Source: Mobula hypostoma (taxonomy: Eukaryota). From it: DNA of 64,000 nucleotides. The notes beneath the pieces were generated by a model. The model saw only the letters and a list, made by a program, of their open reading frames with translations, made no database searches and was not told where the DNA came from. The translations under genes and the position numbers were made by a program. Of the stretch, positions 14,320-28,069 are shown piece after piece (the first letter of the stretch is position 1; every line of letters starts with the position of its first letter). Location: NCBI RefSeq assembly GCF_963921235.1, contig NC_086104.1, positions 98,890,001 through 98,954,000 on the forward strand, written 5' to 3'.

Positions 14320-15067
14320 TTCTGTTCAGGACCTGGTCCGGGACTTGGGTTTGTCAAAGGCAAAAGCAGAATTACTGGGTCCAAGATTGCATGAATGGAA
14401 TCTGTTGTCACCAGGCACAAAAATTTCCATAAAGGATTTTGATATATTTGAGACTGGTCTTTCCCAGAATAACTGACGCCAAGTTTAGGGAAGGCATTTT
14501 TTGGTCTGCAAATCAAACAGTTCACCAATAATGGGCAATTCAAATAATTTCAAGGGTATTGTTGAAAATTTTCTTGGCAACAATACAGAGCACCAAACTA
14601 CGGGCAGCTGGTTGACAAAATGCTTCAAGCATACAAAACCACGAAGTGCAACATGTCACTAAAGATTCATGTTCTGCATTCCTATTTAGACTTCTTCCCT
14701 GCAAATCTTGGCACTGTCAGTGACGGGCACGGTGAAAGGTTTCATGAGGACAATGCGGTCATGGAGAAACTGAATTAGGGCAACTGGAATCCATCAATGC
14801 AGGCTGATTATTGTTGGACACTTAAGCAGGAAGTCTCAGACACTGAGTACAAATGAAAACCATCAACAAAACATTTTAACCTAGTTTAATTACTGCAAAG
14901 TTTCAGCACCATTATGCAATTAAATGCATTATATTCAATAAAAGTTAATTTATTGTTTCTCTGACTTCCTACGTGAAATTATATTTGTTTTCAGCTTCAA
15001 GCAACATGTTGTAACCACACAACAATTCTGAGTAAGCAGCACTTTTGAAAAGATTTGCTGTCCAGTG
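14320..15067 (+). mobile_element. Chapaev3/CMC-type DNA transposon remnant
   Basis: Translates to DLVRDLGLSKAKAELLG.RL.EWNLL and CNMSLKIHVLHSYLDFFPANLGTVSDGHGERFHED. Terminus ...tgtccagtg. Confidence 0.75.
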
Positions 15068-15254
15068 TTATATGTTAGTTCTAGTTAGTTATTGGTCATT
15101 TAAAATTGTGTGTTTTTCACTCCTTCACTGAGATCTTTATCTTCTCTTGGTGTCCATGCTGTATAAAGAGGAGCCACTCTTCCAAGGACCTTGCTCTGTA
15201 CAACTCCAGATGATCTTAAACCTCGACATGCCTCAGCAGCCATGGGAGGGTCCC

Positions 15255-15730
15255 TCGATTTCACACTGGGGAGAGACTGTTCACCTGCTCTGTGTGTGGG
15301 ACGGTATTCATTCAGTCACTGAGCTACAGACACATCAGAGAGTTCACACTGGCCGGAGTCCTTACAACTGCTCTTTTTATGTGAGAGAGTTTCCTTGCTC
15401 ATCCCACCTGCAGACACACCAGTGAGTTCACACATACCTGTCCTGTATGAGGAAGGAGGTTTACTCGATCATCCCACCTGCTGACAAATCACCAACTTCA
15501 CACAGAGGAGATAGTTTAAATAACTCTGTGTTGAACTTTTAACCATTCCAGTTGCAAGTTGAAGAGTGACTATTGGTGTCAGATTCTGCAGTTATTGCTA
15601 CTGTTTATCACACCTGGAACCAAACCCTTGTCACTGGACACGGGAGGGGTTTGTTCTGATGACATTAGTCTTCAGCTGGAAAGGAGTTAATTATTGGGGA
15701 TCTGTTACAAATAAATCACTTCTAGTTTAA
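15255..15730 (+). pseudogene. Second C2H2 ZNF remnant (last fingers + 3' UTR), paralog of ~2200-2930
   Basis: HQRVHTGRSPYNC..HLQTHQ. The 3' flank aligns with 2697-2930. Confidence 0.8.
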
Positions 15731-16629
15731 ATCATTTTCTTCCAATCAATTCTCTTTTAAATCGACACAATTTACCTGCACAAAGTGCTGAAGGAACTCA
15801 GCAAGTCGGGTGGCATCTATGGAGGGCGATAAACTTGATGTTTCTCCCCTAATCACCCTCTCTCCCTGCCTCATGATCTCCCCCAACCCCCTATTTTTAA
15901 GTCATCCCTCTCACCAGTCTTTGTGTTGCTCTCCATTCCTCTCCTCTACCCCTTCTCTCAGTCACTCACTTCCCTTTCTCTTTGATGAGTTTGTCAGCCC
16001 TTCCCTTCACTAGGACACTCCCTGACGTTTTCTCGCGATTATCAGTTGACGCATTCCCCTACTCATTCTGAGACTACCCAATCCCTTCCTCATCACCTTC
16101 ATCTCTTAGATCACCCCCTTCTCACAACCCCATAACTTCCATCACTGAGTTACGCCTACCCCTTATGAATCCCTGCTCACTCCTGTCTCTGGGTCACCCC
16201 TTCCACATCCCCCTCAGCCTGTTCTGTTTTAGCCCTCCCCCCTCACCACGCCCACCCCTCCCACTTCCCCCCCACCCTTAGTTTTTGCACTTCTGCACCT
16301 GCTCTCTATGCTGCCCTTTTCTAAGCTTCTCCCCTTAATCCCACCCTCTATCCATCTCTGGGTTACCCTCTTGCCCACCACTCCTACCATTTCTTGGTCG
16401 GTAGTCAGTTCAGGTCCACTTAAAGCTTCCTCATCGTCCCTGTTGTGCTTTGTACTCCAAAACATAAAAACTAAATTGTGGAGAGAACGAATTATTTGAA
16501 CAAAGAATGCTTAATCAAACGATATATGCACACACACAATATTTCTGCAATATTAATAGATTAGTTTTTCTGTTATAGAGTACAAAACATAACAAGTACA
16601 CTTCTTCAGGAGGGGTCAGGTAGAATGCA

Positions 16630-17630
16630 TTGATCCAAATGTTGTATGTGGACAGACCCAGAAGAGGCAGGGTAATTAAAATGAAATTGGACACTGGCTC
16701 AGCTGTTTCAGTCATTCCACAAAATCGGATTGAATGGAATTTCAAAGATACTGATCTGAATCCTGCAGATATCCAACTAACAGTAAAGAAAACTCCGGTG
16801 CGAATAACATTCGTAACAACCACCAAAAAGAGGGCCAGCATTGTGGGGCCATGATTGGCTGAGACAACTAAACTCGATTGGAGATTCATCCACCAGTTGC
16901 ATACCACATTCCCTGTGAAAGAGTCAACTGGAAGTGCTAATAAAGGTAATGGATAATGCCACAGCTCTGTATAGGGATGGTATTAGAAAACTCAAACATA
17001 TCGTGTAAAACGTTGCTAAATAAAAATGCCACACCAAATTTTACAAAGTCTGTCTGGTTCCTTATACCATCCATGATAAAGTAGCCAGTGAGCTGGATTG
17101 CATGGAGACTGAAGGAATTCTTTCCATAGTTGAGTGATGCCCATGGACAACGCCAGTGGTCCCGGTAGCCAAGAAGAATGGGTCTGTCAGGATCTGTGGT
17201 GATTTTAACTTCATCATCAACCCTGTACTGAAAGTAGATCAATGTCCTCTACCCAGGATAGAGGATATCTTTGCAAACCTTTCTGGAGGAAAATATTTCA
17301 GCAAAGTGGACTTAGCTGTGGCCAACCTGCAAATAGATGATTTCAAAGTGTTTCTCACCATAAAAAACACAAAGGGCTTTATCACTATAATAGGCTTGTT
17401 TTTGGAGTAGCATCTGCTCCTGCTCTCTGGCAGAAGGCTCCAGACCATGTGCTGAAAGGATGCCCAGGCACTCAGTGTTACCTAAATGACACCATTGTTA
17501 TCAGTAAGGATGGCAAGGAACATCTTCAAAATTTCAAGACAGTGTTAAAACGATTAGAAGATTATGGGCTCAGAACATGATGCAACAAGTGTGAATTCTT
17601 TAAACTAAGGATTACTTACTGTGGTCACTA
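16630..17630 (+). mobile_element. Gypsy LTR retrotransposon pol fragment (protease, RT)
   Basis: LDTGSAVS; PVAKKNGSVRICGDF; PLPRIEDIFANLSGGKYFSKVDL. Continues at 22478. Confidence 0.85.
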
Positions 17631-20600
17631 AGTTGCAAAACTATTTCAAAATCCAAACAAAACAATTGCTGCTTGCCTGTGACCGTACAGACTCGTTACA
17701 CTTCCATGACGTGCCCATGGCTCCAAAGATTGCTCCAAACATCGAAGCATTTAGTACATCCTTTACTAACATTAGCAAATATACAATTAAGCATAATTGA
17801 GCATTCTCTCAGCATTATTCGGTGGTCAGCAAAAGATATGATCTTCGCTGGTCCCAAGCTACAAAGTGCCACGAAATAAGCAAGAATACATAACTTATTC
17901 TGTTTGCTTTTACCACACCCCCATTCATGTGAGTGGTTACCATAAGGAAAGTAATAAAGTCGCAACACAGAATAGAAAGCAAATAGAGAATAGGTTCATG
18001 GATCCTACATTCCAGCCCCTTAATTATTATACTGTAATAATTACAATTACATGCTACTACAGTACAGGAAACATGAAATCTCAACATTTACACAAATGTC
18101 CTCTTTTGGTAAGCAGTCTCTCCTGGATTGAGATCTTCTCCTGTGAAACCAGGTGGTCCCTCTTCACTGCATTCAGGAAAAGCTGTCTTGAATCTGTTGC
18201 CAACACTCATTTAAATGCAACACTAAAGCCCCATTAACTGTCAGCTCTGGCTGAGCATAGTCTCTTCCACCGCTATGGTCTCCTTTCAATGGTCCATCAG
18301 CAGTCCAACCCAGCATTGTTCTGATTGTGTAGAGTCCAACATTAACACTGCAAATTACTTGTAATGGTTCCAATGCCACACATACATTTACCCCGATTAG
18401 CAGCTCAATTTCAGTAAATAAACATGCTTCAGGTGAGACCATTCCTGAAGATCTCTCTGACGAGGAGTAGGAAGGCATAGACATTAGGCAGGTCACAATA
18501 GTTTTCACTATCTAAGTCAGCCACTTCCAATCCTGAAAGGAAGTAGCTATTTACAACTTCCTCTTGGCCCACGGTGCATAAGAGAATGAATGGGTGTTCC
18601 TTTTCCTGTCAGATTGAGCTTGTTCATGAGGCTCACTGTGCAGAACACTGCTGTACTTCCTTGATCTAGGAAAGCATAAGTAACCACTGTCTTGTTACTC
18701 TTCTTAGACTTCACCTGAACTGGAATGATAGGAAGTTTACAATCATGATCACCAGCCTCCGTAAGGCCAGTAGATACTAGGGCGGTACTCGCTGCTGTGT
18801 TTGCTTATTTCGAATCTACACCTTCTCATCAGGTCCAGGCTCAGTTTCAGCTCCACTTTCCACAGGAGCCACAGAAGTGGCAAAACAGCTTCCTTTAGCT
18901 TGAGAATGAATTTGTGATCCAGTTTTGTGCACACCTTCACTTACTGTCAGTGATGTAGCATTGTATCTTTTTCCAAACACTGGGTATGTCGCAATCTTTA
19001 CTTGCCTTTCGATAAAATCCACAATGTCAGTGACAGTAACCTTATGGTTGTGCCTTTCTTGCAGTTTACAAGCTGCTGATCTCCATTTCTCCAAACTTCA
19101 TCGGGGAATTTATTGTCAACAATCCTTACTTTAGCAGCCATGTCCAACTCAGGCATATCTCCCATGGTATTGGAACAGCTTCTAAGAAAAAGACTGTAGT
19201 CTTGAAGAGCTTCTACAGCTTCTGATTTGATATGTGGCCTAGAAAGAGGCCTTTCCATGTAGACCGCAGCAATTTTGTGCTCTACACCAAAATGTTTCTG
19301 TAGTAAAGCTTGGGCCTTTAGAGATCCTTGCTCCGGGCTGGCCCACTGACAACGTTTGACAAGCTCTCTAAGGTATCTTTCAGTGAACAGTTTGAGAAAA
19401 TAAAGATGGTCACGATAATTATCGGCCCTGTGTTCAAAGCTGTTGTTGAAAGCCCTCATAAATGAATTGCCATCGACAATGTGAATCTCTCTTTCAGGCA
19501 GGGTTACAATCCGTTGTTGTAGCACTATGCTTGTTATTTCCTTTTGTGTTCTTGTGGCCTCAAGCCTGGCGTTTAGACCTTTATTATCCGAAACATGAGT
19601 GTCTTCATACTGAAAATCAATGTTCTCAGAAGCACCTTGTGTTACTGGACATGGCAAAGGTTCAGAGTACTTCCTTGGTGCAGCCTGAGAGTCAACTGCC
19701 TCTTGGGGCTTTAAATCATGACTCATACACATTTATTCCTTAGACTCCTTGCCATTGGATTTTCTCTGTTATATATCAACATTGAAACACTAATTGGAGA
19801 ACTGCTCTGCTGGAGCATGTTTAGCACAAACAGCACTTGAAGCCTTTGCACTTTAACTTTGGCCATCTTGCCTGCAATTTTCTCCTGCAACTTAAGCTGT
19901 TCCATTTTTCTCCAAAGCTAATATTCCACACCTTTTTGGTTTCTTCAAAGCTGTTCCATGTTTTCTTCCTGGTCTCTACGAAGCAATTCTGTCCGTTCCG
20001 CCAAGGCGTGTCTATCCCTCAGTATCTGTTGTATTGTGCATAACTCAGCAAAATCAGCCTCCAACTTAGTCAGAATCAGGCTTAATATCACTGGCATACG
20101 TTGTGAAATTTGTTAACTTTGCAGCAGCAATACAATGCAATAAATGAAAATAGAGAAAAAACTGAATGACAGTATCATCACAAGCCTGGGCGGAAGGTAT
20201 GGAAATCCTGAGGTGCCCAGTCGTCAAGATCCCCCTCTCAGCCTCACTGGTGTAGTCCAAAGGAAAGCTCATGAAGCAATACGTTTGGCACCAGCTTGGC
20301 TACAGGAGCTGCCAGAAGGATGTTCAATGACGTCCAGCCGCCTTAGGGGCTCCACTCCGGATTTGCTGTCTGGGTTTACTCCCATAGCCTCCACCTCTCC
20401 TGAGGCTGCCTATAAGGCAGTGGGACTATTAACTGACAGCTGAGGATCTGGTTCATAAACACCAGGACGTGTCCTACGTGCTGTGTGTGCTGGGGCCAGA
20501 CCTCCTCCCTGTCCTCTGTAGTTCAGTCTGAGTCCGAAAGGAGTTCAGTTACCATGTGTCACCTGTGAGGAGAAACCACATGCAGAAAAGATATATATAA

Positions 20601-22477
20601 AATAGTTAAATTGAAATAAATAGTGCCAAAACAGAAATTTAAAAAGTAGTGAGGTTGTGTTCATGGGTTCATTGTCCATTTAGAAATCGGATGGCAGAGG
20701 GGAAAACGCAGTTCCTGCATTGCTGAGTGAGTGCCTTCAGACTTCTGTACCTCCATCCTAATGGTAACATTGAGAAGAGGGCATGTCCTGGGTGGTGGGG
20801 ATCCTTAATGATGGACACCAGCTTCCTAAGGCACTGCTTCATGAAGATGTCTTGGATACTACAGAAGCTAGTACCCAAGGTGGAGCTGACTAATTTTACA
20901 AGTTTCTGCAGCTCACTTCAATCCTGTGCAGTAGCACACTCTCCCCAACCCCCACACCATACCAGACAGTGATGCAGCCTGTCAGAATTCTCTCCATGGT
21001 TCATCTATACAATTTTTTGAGTGTTATAAGTGACAGACCAAATCTCCTCAAACTCCTAATGAAATATAGCCGCTGTCTTGCCTTCTTTATGGCTACATCG
21101 ATATGTTGGGATCAAGTTAGATCCTCAGAGATATTGACACCCAGGAACTTGAAATTGCTCCCTCTCTCCACTTCTGATCCCTCTCTGAGGCCTGGTATGT
21201 GGTCCCTCATCTTACCCTTTCTGAAGTTCACAATCAGCTTTTTGATCTTGAGTGCAAGGTTGTTGCTGTGACTCCTCTCAACCAGCAGGTATATCTTGAA
21301 TATCTATGCCTACCAAATCACCATCTGAGATTCTGCCAACAATGGTTGTATCGTCAGCAAATTATTAGATGGCATTTTAGCTAAACCTAGCCACACAGTC
21401 ATTGGTATAGAAAGAGTAGACCAGTGGACTAAACACACATCCGTGAGATGTGCCTGTGTCAATTGGCACCAAGGTGGAGATGTTATTACCAATCCACACA
21501 AATTATGGTCTTCTGGTTAGGAAGTTGAGGATACATTTGCAGAGGGAGGTACAAAGGCCCAGTTTCTGTAGCTTTTTGATAAGGACCATTGGAACGATTT
21601 GCACCAATGTGGTATCAGATGCATGGGTTGCTCTGCTAGTGTGACTGCAGAATGTGCTGCACACACGTTGGACACACTGTCTTTAACTTTATCTGTAGTC
21701 ACAGCCTGTTCTTTGTCTTAGTAATCTCCCCCAGGGAATTGACCTTCAACATCACATGTTTGATTAAGTTTTCTCTTAGTCTTGGCGGCAAGATTACTGC
21801 TTCCAGCTGAACTCATTTTGTCTTCCAAGTGCACAAACCAGTTAAGACAATTGCAGTTCAATTCTTCAGCTTTTAACAATGGAAACAATTTAATTCTTCA
21901 GCTTTTCAACAGAACCAAGGGTTGAACACTTCAGGCAAACACCACTATACACCAATTGTACACAGCAATGTTTGACCATACAAAACTGTCTTTCAAATCC
22001 AAAAACCCACAGCGTAAATCACCAAAAGGTCAGTACTTGCCACAATCTGCTCTGGGCTGCAGTGCTTCTAATTTTTTGGAGACATCGGAAACCTGATGTT
22101 CATTTGGTATAACTGTCAAAAACCATTCCTGACACAAATGCAGTGGCAAAACTAATCCAAAATCAAAACAGAACAATTATCCCTTGCCTGGGATTGTAGG
22201 GACTTGTTTACTTGCGTGGCGCACCCACAGCTTCAACGATTGCATCAACCATCAAAGCCTTTATTTGATCCTTTATTAGCAATTAACAAATATACAATTA
22301 ATCATAATTGAGTGTTAACTCATTGTTATTTGGCAGTCAGTAAAAGATCCAACCTCCACCCGTCATAACTTATTCCCTTCATTTTTACCATGTCTCCCCT
22401 AATGTGACTAGTTACCATGATAAATGCACAACACAGAAATCAAAACAGATAGAGAACAGATACATAGTTCTTACAGA
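17631..22477 (-). mobile_element. BEL/Pao LTR retrotransposon (degenerate) inserted in the Gypsy RT
   Basis: 5-bp TSD cacta (17626-17630 / 22478-22482). Diverged direct repeats at ~17631-18070 and ~22140-22477. Gag-like ORFs 18998-19732 and 18816-19094. Protease TYAFLDQGST near 18650-18690. Confidence 0.75.
20066..21580 (-). mobile_element. Rex1/Babar LINE 3' fragment inside BEL, with a further insertion at ~20170-20580
   Basis: FADDTTIVGRI-like RT remnant; IIKDPHHPGHALFSMLP; (tctga) tail. Confidence 0.75.
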
Positions 22478-22950
22478 CACTATTGATGCACAAACATGCT
22501 GAGAAAATTCAAGCAGTAGTGGATGCCCCAAGGCCAAAGGATGTACCACATTTATGCTCCTTTTCAGCATTCGTCAATTCCTGCCAAACCTGGCTACTAT
22601 GCTTTACCCCGTGAGCTTGAGAACAAATGGCAATGGACAAAGCAGTGTGAGCTGGCTTTCCAAAAGGTAAAGGAAATGGTGACCTCAGACACCGTACTCA
22701 CACATTATGATCCAAATTGTTCAGCAAAATTTGCCATGCACTGTTCAGCATGCCTGAGATTGTTTCGCAGCCACAAGTCTCATCTGCCAAGCAGAATGAT
22801 ACCCCCTTGTCAGGAAAGAAGTTATGCAACAAGAGTAAGAAAGCCTCCACAACAATTAAATCTTTAGGTCTGAATGGAACAAATTAATATTTTATTTAAA
22901 ATACAAATACAGTAAGTTTAGATCCCTTCTACATTGAGCTAAACTATAGA
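22478..22950 (+). mobile_element. Continuation of Gypsy pol (RT-RH linker) and 3' end
   Basis: WQWTKQCELAFQKVKEMVTSDTVLTHYDPN. Confidence 0.75.
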
Positions 22951-22959
22951 AGTTAGTTA

Positions 22960-25900
22960 TAACTTCAGAGACCTGGCTCGCTTGAAAGATCAGATTAGGA
23001 CAAGAAGGTGAAATACACTGTAGCAGTGACAAACAGATTTGAAGCTCTGACAGTGGAGAACACACCAAGCTGGTTGAAGTTTAAAAAGGCAGTGCTGGAT
23101 GTGTCAAATGAGTGATAATGAAAATGAGAAAAGAGAAGAGAAAAGGTTGACAGATTTGCTGAATGATATTTATGATAGCGGAGAAATACCTGAGGAGATG
23201 AGCAAGTCAGTAATTATTGAACTGTCATTAAAAACCTAGAGCAATTGAACATGAATTACACCAGACAATTTGACGAGTCATGGTGTGAAAGTCCTGTTAT
23301 GAATAGAGTAGTGTGTCTTCACTGAAAATAGTGAAAGATAAAATGCAGTCTTCCTCCTCAGAATGATTTGTGAGCAATCAATCGAGGTCCAGAAAGACTT
23401 CTACCTATCTTTCATCGATTACACCAAAGGTTTTGATAAGGTGAGACATTAAGAGCTTATAAAAATCCTTCAGCACTTGGGCATTGATAGGAAATGTATC
23501 AAATCATCAGAAATTTGTATGAGGAACAAAGAGCAGGAATGAGAGTTGAACATGAGACATGTGGTTTTGACCAGATAAAGAGGGGAGTCAGACAAAATAA
23601 CAAATGAGAAAGTGTTGTGAAAAGATGGAATAAGAAACATAAAGTTGTGGTGGTAGGGGATTTTAATTTTCCATATATTGATTGGGACTCCCATACTGTT
23701 AGGGGTCCAGATGGTTTAAAGTTTGTAAAATGTGTTCAGGAAAGTTTTCTAAATCAATATTTAGAGGGACCAACTAGAGGGTATGCAATATTGGATCTCC
23801 TGTTAGGAAACGTGTTAGGACAAGTGACAGAAGTCCGTGTAGGGGAGCACTTTGGTTCCAGTGATCATAACACCATTAGCTTCAACTTGATCATGGACAA
23901 GGATAGATCTGGTCCTAGGGTTGAGGTTCTCAACCGGAAGAAGGCCAAATTTGAAGAAATGAGAAAGGATCTAAAAAGCGTGGATTGGGACAGGTTGTTC
24001 TCTGGCAAGGATGTGATCGGTAGGTGGGAAGCCTTCAAAGGAGAAATTTTGAGAGCGCAGAATTTGTATGTTCCTGTCAGGATTAAAGGCAAAGTGAATA
24101 GGAATAAGGAACCTTGGTTCTCAAGGGATATTGCAACTCTGATAAAGAAGAAAAGGGAGTTGTATGACATGTATAGGAAGCAGGGAGTAAATAAGGTGCT
24201 TGAGGAGTATAAGAAGTGCAAGAAAATACTTAAGAAAGAAATCAGGAGTGATAAAAGAAGACATGAGGTTGCATTGGCAGTCAAAGTGAAGGATAATCCA
24301 AAGAGCTTTTACAGGTATATTAAGAGCAAAAGGATTGTAAGGGATAAAATTGGTCCTCTTGAAGATCAGATTGGTCGCCTATGTGCGGAACCAAAGGAAA
24401 TGGGGGAGATCTTAAATAGGTCTTTTGCATCTGTATTTACTAAGGAAATTGGCATGAAGTCTATGGAATTAGGGGAAACAAGTAGTGAGATCATGGAAAC
24501 TGTTCAGATCGAAAAGGAGGAGGTCCTTGCTGTCTTGAGGAAAATTAAAGTGGATAAATCCCCGGGACCTGACAGGGTGTTCCCTCGGACCTGAAGGAGA
24601 CTGGTGTTGAAATTGCAGGGGCCCTGGCAGAAATATTTAAAATGTCGCTGTCTACAGGTGAGGTGCCGGAGGATTGGAGAGTGGCTCATGTTGTTCCGTT
24701 GTTTAAAAAAGGATCAAAAAGTAATCCAGGAAATTATAGGCTGGTAAATTTAACGTCGGTAGTAGGTAAGTTATTGGAGGGAGTACTAAGAGACAGAATC
24801 TACAAGCATTTGGATAGACAGGGACTTATTAGGGAGAGTAAACATGGCTTTGTGCGTGGCAGGTCATGTTTGACCAATCTATTGGAGTTTTTCGAGGAGG
24901 TTACCAGGAAAGTGGATGAAGGGAAGGCAGTGGGTATTGTCTACATGGACTTCAGTAAGGCCTTTGACAAAATCCCGCATGGGAGGTTAGTTAGGAAAAT
25001 TCAATCGCTAGGTATACATGGAGAGGTGGTAAATTGGATCAGACATTAGCTCAGTGGAAGAAGCCAAAGAGTGGTAGTAGAGAATTGCTTCTCCGAGTGG
25101 AGGCCTGTGACTAGTGGTGTGCCACAGGGATCAGTGCTGGGTCCATTGTTATTTGTCATCTATATCAATGATCTGGATGATAATGTGGTAAATTGGATCA
25201 GCAAATTTGCTGATGATACAAAGATTGGAGGTGTAGTAGACAGCGAGGAAGGTTTTCAGAGCCTGCAGAGGGACTTGGACCAGCTGGAAAAATGGGCTGA
25301 AAAATGGCAGATGGAGTTTAATGCAGACAAGTGTGAGGTATTGCACGTTGGAAGGACAAACCAAGGTAGAACATACAGGGTTAATGGTAAGGTACTGAGG
25401 AGGGCAGTGGAACAGAGGGATCGGGGAATACAGATACAAAATTCCCTAAAAGTGGCGTCACAGGTAGATAGGGTCGTAAAGAGAGCTTTTGGTACATTGG
25501 CCTTTATTAATCGAAGTATAAGGCATTGGTGAGGCCGAATCTGGAGTATTGTGTTCAGTTTTGGTCACCAAATTACAGGAAGGATATAAATAAGGTTGAA
25601 AGAGTGCAGAGAAGGTTTACAAGGTTGTTGCCGGGACTTGAGAAACTCAGTTACAGAGAAGGGTTGAATAGGTTAGGACTTTATTCGCTGGAGCGTAGAA
25701 GAATGAAGGGTGATTTGATAGAGGTATATAAAATTATGATGGGTATAGATAGAGTGAATGCAAGCAGGCCTTTTCCACTGAGGCAAGGGGAGAAAAAAAC
25801 CAGAGGACATGGGTTAAGGGTGAGAGGGGAAAAGATTAAAGGGAACATTAAGGGGGGCTTCTTCACACAGAGAGTGGTGGGAGTATGGAATGAGCTGCCA

Positions 25901-26320
25901 GACGAGGTGGTAAATGTGGGTTCTTTTTTAACATTTAAGAATAAATTGGACAGATACATGGATGGGAGGTGTATGGAGGGTTATGGTCCGTGTGCAGGTC
26001 AGTGGGACTAGGCAGAAAATGGTTCGGCACAGCCAAGAAGGGCCAAAAGGCCTGTTTCTGTGCTGTAGTTTCTATGGTTCTGTGGTTCTAAGAAAAGAGC
26101 AGATATCATCAATCAGAAAGTGGCAGCTGTGATTTCTGGGGACATGTACTAATGACATGTACGAGAAAAAGTTGAGTTCAACAGTGCATGGCATTCAAGA
26201 GTTACATCAAGGGATGGTCAAGCAAAAATTTTGAAGAGCGAATTAGAACTTCTCAGATCAAAAACAGATGGAAGACATGATTGCCCATATCAAACAACAT
26301 GGCACATAATGATGGGTAGG
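22960..26320 (+). mobile_element. Old RTE-clade LINE fragment (22960-23637 and 26089-26320) split by a CR1
   Basis: FIDYTKGFDKVRH and RGVRQ-like pieces, DKITNEKVL..., then SIRKWQL.FLG after the insertion. Confidence 0.65.
23638..26090 (+). mobile_element. Relatively young 5'-truncated CR1 LINE
   Basis: VVVGDFN, SDHN, KSPGPD, YMDFSKAFD, SGVPQGSVLGP, KFADDTK with few disruptions. Flanked by taagaaa (23631-23637 / 26089-26095). Confidence 0.93.
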
Positions 26321-26491
26321 TGCACAGAGGGTACCCCAGAGGCAGGGAAGAAGAGATATGGGTGGGTGTCCCAGGGACTTGAGGTGGGGGATGGCACCCC
26401 AAAGAGAGAAGTGAAGGGAGAAGGCAGCGTACCACAGGAGGAAGGGTGAGGGGTGTCAGAGCAACGGAGGGATGGGAGGGAGAAAGCTATT

Positions 26492-26699
26492 TGTGTATTT
26501 AATATCTCAATAATATTTGAGTAATCTTTTATGTATATTGTTTGATTAAGCATTCTTTGTTTGTTCAAATAATTCATGTATGAAGTACATGAATGGCATA
26601 TGTCATCACACCACCATGTGAGAAGTGCATGCCTCGCTTAAATTAGATATGCATTATGGACTCTCCATGTTTCCCTTTCAATTAGTTTTCCTTTCAACA
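26492..26699 (+). mobile_element. LTR-like segment (TG...CA), probably of the Gypsy element
   Basis: TG/CA ends. Partial inverted copy at ~16490-16530. Confidence 0.5.
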
Positions 26700-27864
26700 G
26701 TCATCCTGTTCCCCCTCCTCCCCTCGCCCCCACCCCAACCCCTGTATCTGGGTTGTCTTCTTCCAGCCACCCCCATCATTTCTGGGACCCCCACCCACAC
26801 GTTAGGATCACAACATTCCACCCACTGTCTGCCCCTCCTGTGTTGGCCTGTTTCCTCTCTCCCGTGTCTCTGGGTCACTCCTTCCACCACCCGTCGCATT
26901 TCTGGGATTCATCCTTCCGCACTCACATGTTACCAGTTCTCCTATTCTCCATTCCCCATCTGTGGGTCATCTCCTCCCCCTGGTCTCAGAATCTCCTCCA
27001 TCCACCTACCCTGTTTCTGAGTCTCCCTCCTCCCCCAGTATCTGGGTCCCTTTTGCACCTCTCTCTCACCCCATCACTGTGTCACAGTCTGTGGGATGCA
27101 ACCTTTCTCCCCTCCTTTAGCCCTAATCTGTTTCTGAATGCCCCATATCCTCCCTCACCCATCTGGTTTCTGGGACAACTTCTTCCTCGTCTCTGGAACA
27201 CTTCCCTGTGCCCTATCCCATTCCCCACATCCCCATAATCATCTCCGCGACACCCCTGACATCCATCCCCTGTTCGGGGTTGCTTCATCTCCTTCCCTAA
27301 ACATAATGGAATACCCCCTTCCTTCTCTTCTCACCCTCAATCCCAATTCTAGAATTCGCCTTCCCCCACCTCCCACACCCATCTCTGTGATGCCTCACTA
27401 CCACCTCCTTACCCAACACACCAACCCATCTATTTAACGCACCTTTCACCCTCTGACTTTGTGATGCCCCTTACCCTTCCTGAGTATGAGATGCCCCGCT
27501 CATCACCACACACTACTCCTGCATCTCTACGATGTGTGTACCCAATTAACCATCTCTGGGATTCTCCCAAATCCATAAGATACTCCTCGAAGTATTCAGG
27601 AAGCAAAATCTTTGTTGTCCAGTGTAATTGGTGACTTTTGATCAGACTAAATGTTTTCAAAGAGTAAATAACATGTAGTTTTGTTGATTATTACGACCTG
27701 TAAGAATTTATCATGATTGCTATTCTGTGTTTGCAAATAGGGGATTAGAAGCTGTACAGATGTCAATTAGCCAATATCCATATAAATTTGACAATTCTGA
27801 GCAAAAGTTTCAGAGCAGTTTGGTGACGGAGGAGGGGGTGTTCCAAGGGGAGGACATTCCCCTT

Positions 27865-28055
27865 GGAATGCATGGGTTTCTTCTAGGTGCTCCAGTTCCC
27901 TCACCCCCACCCCCACAGTCCAAAGATGTACCGGTTAGTAGATTAATTGATCATGGTAAATTGTCCCAGGATTAAGCTAGAATTGAATCAGTGGGTTCCT
28001 GGCAGTGCAGCTTAAAGGGCTGAAAGGGCTTATTCCAAGCTGTGTCTCTAAAAAT
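27865..28055 (+). mobile_element. V-SINE-like fragment
   Basis: tgggtttc..ggtgctccagtt..cccacagtccaaagatgtaccggttag..ttaattg..taaattgtccc core, recognised from memory of V-SINE consensus. Confidence 0.55.
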
Positions 28056-28069
28056 AAGTAAAGTATTCA

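Noticed and set aside
26700-27560. Pro/Ser-rich ORFs (also 15840-16430)
   Set aside because: C/T-rich low-complexity DNA with degenerate tctggg repeats.
27841-27868. Perfect 11-bp hairpin ttccaagggga...tccccttggaa
   Set aside because: Single short hairpin at a SINE edge with no supporting context.
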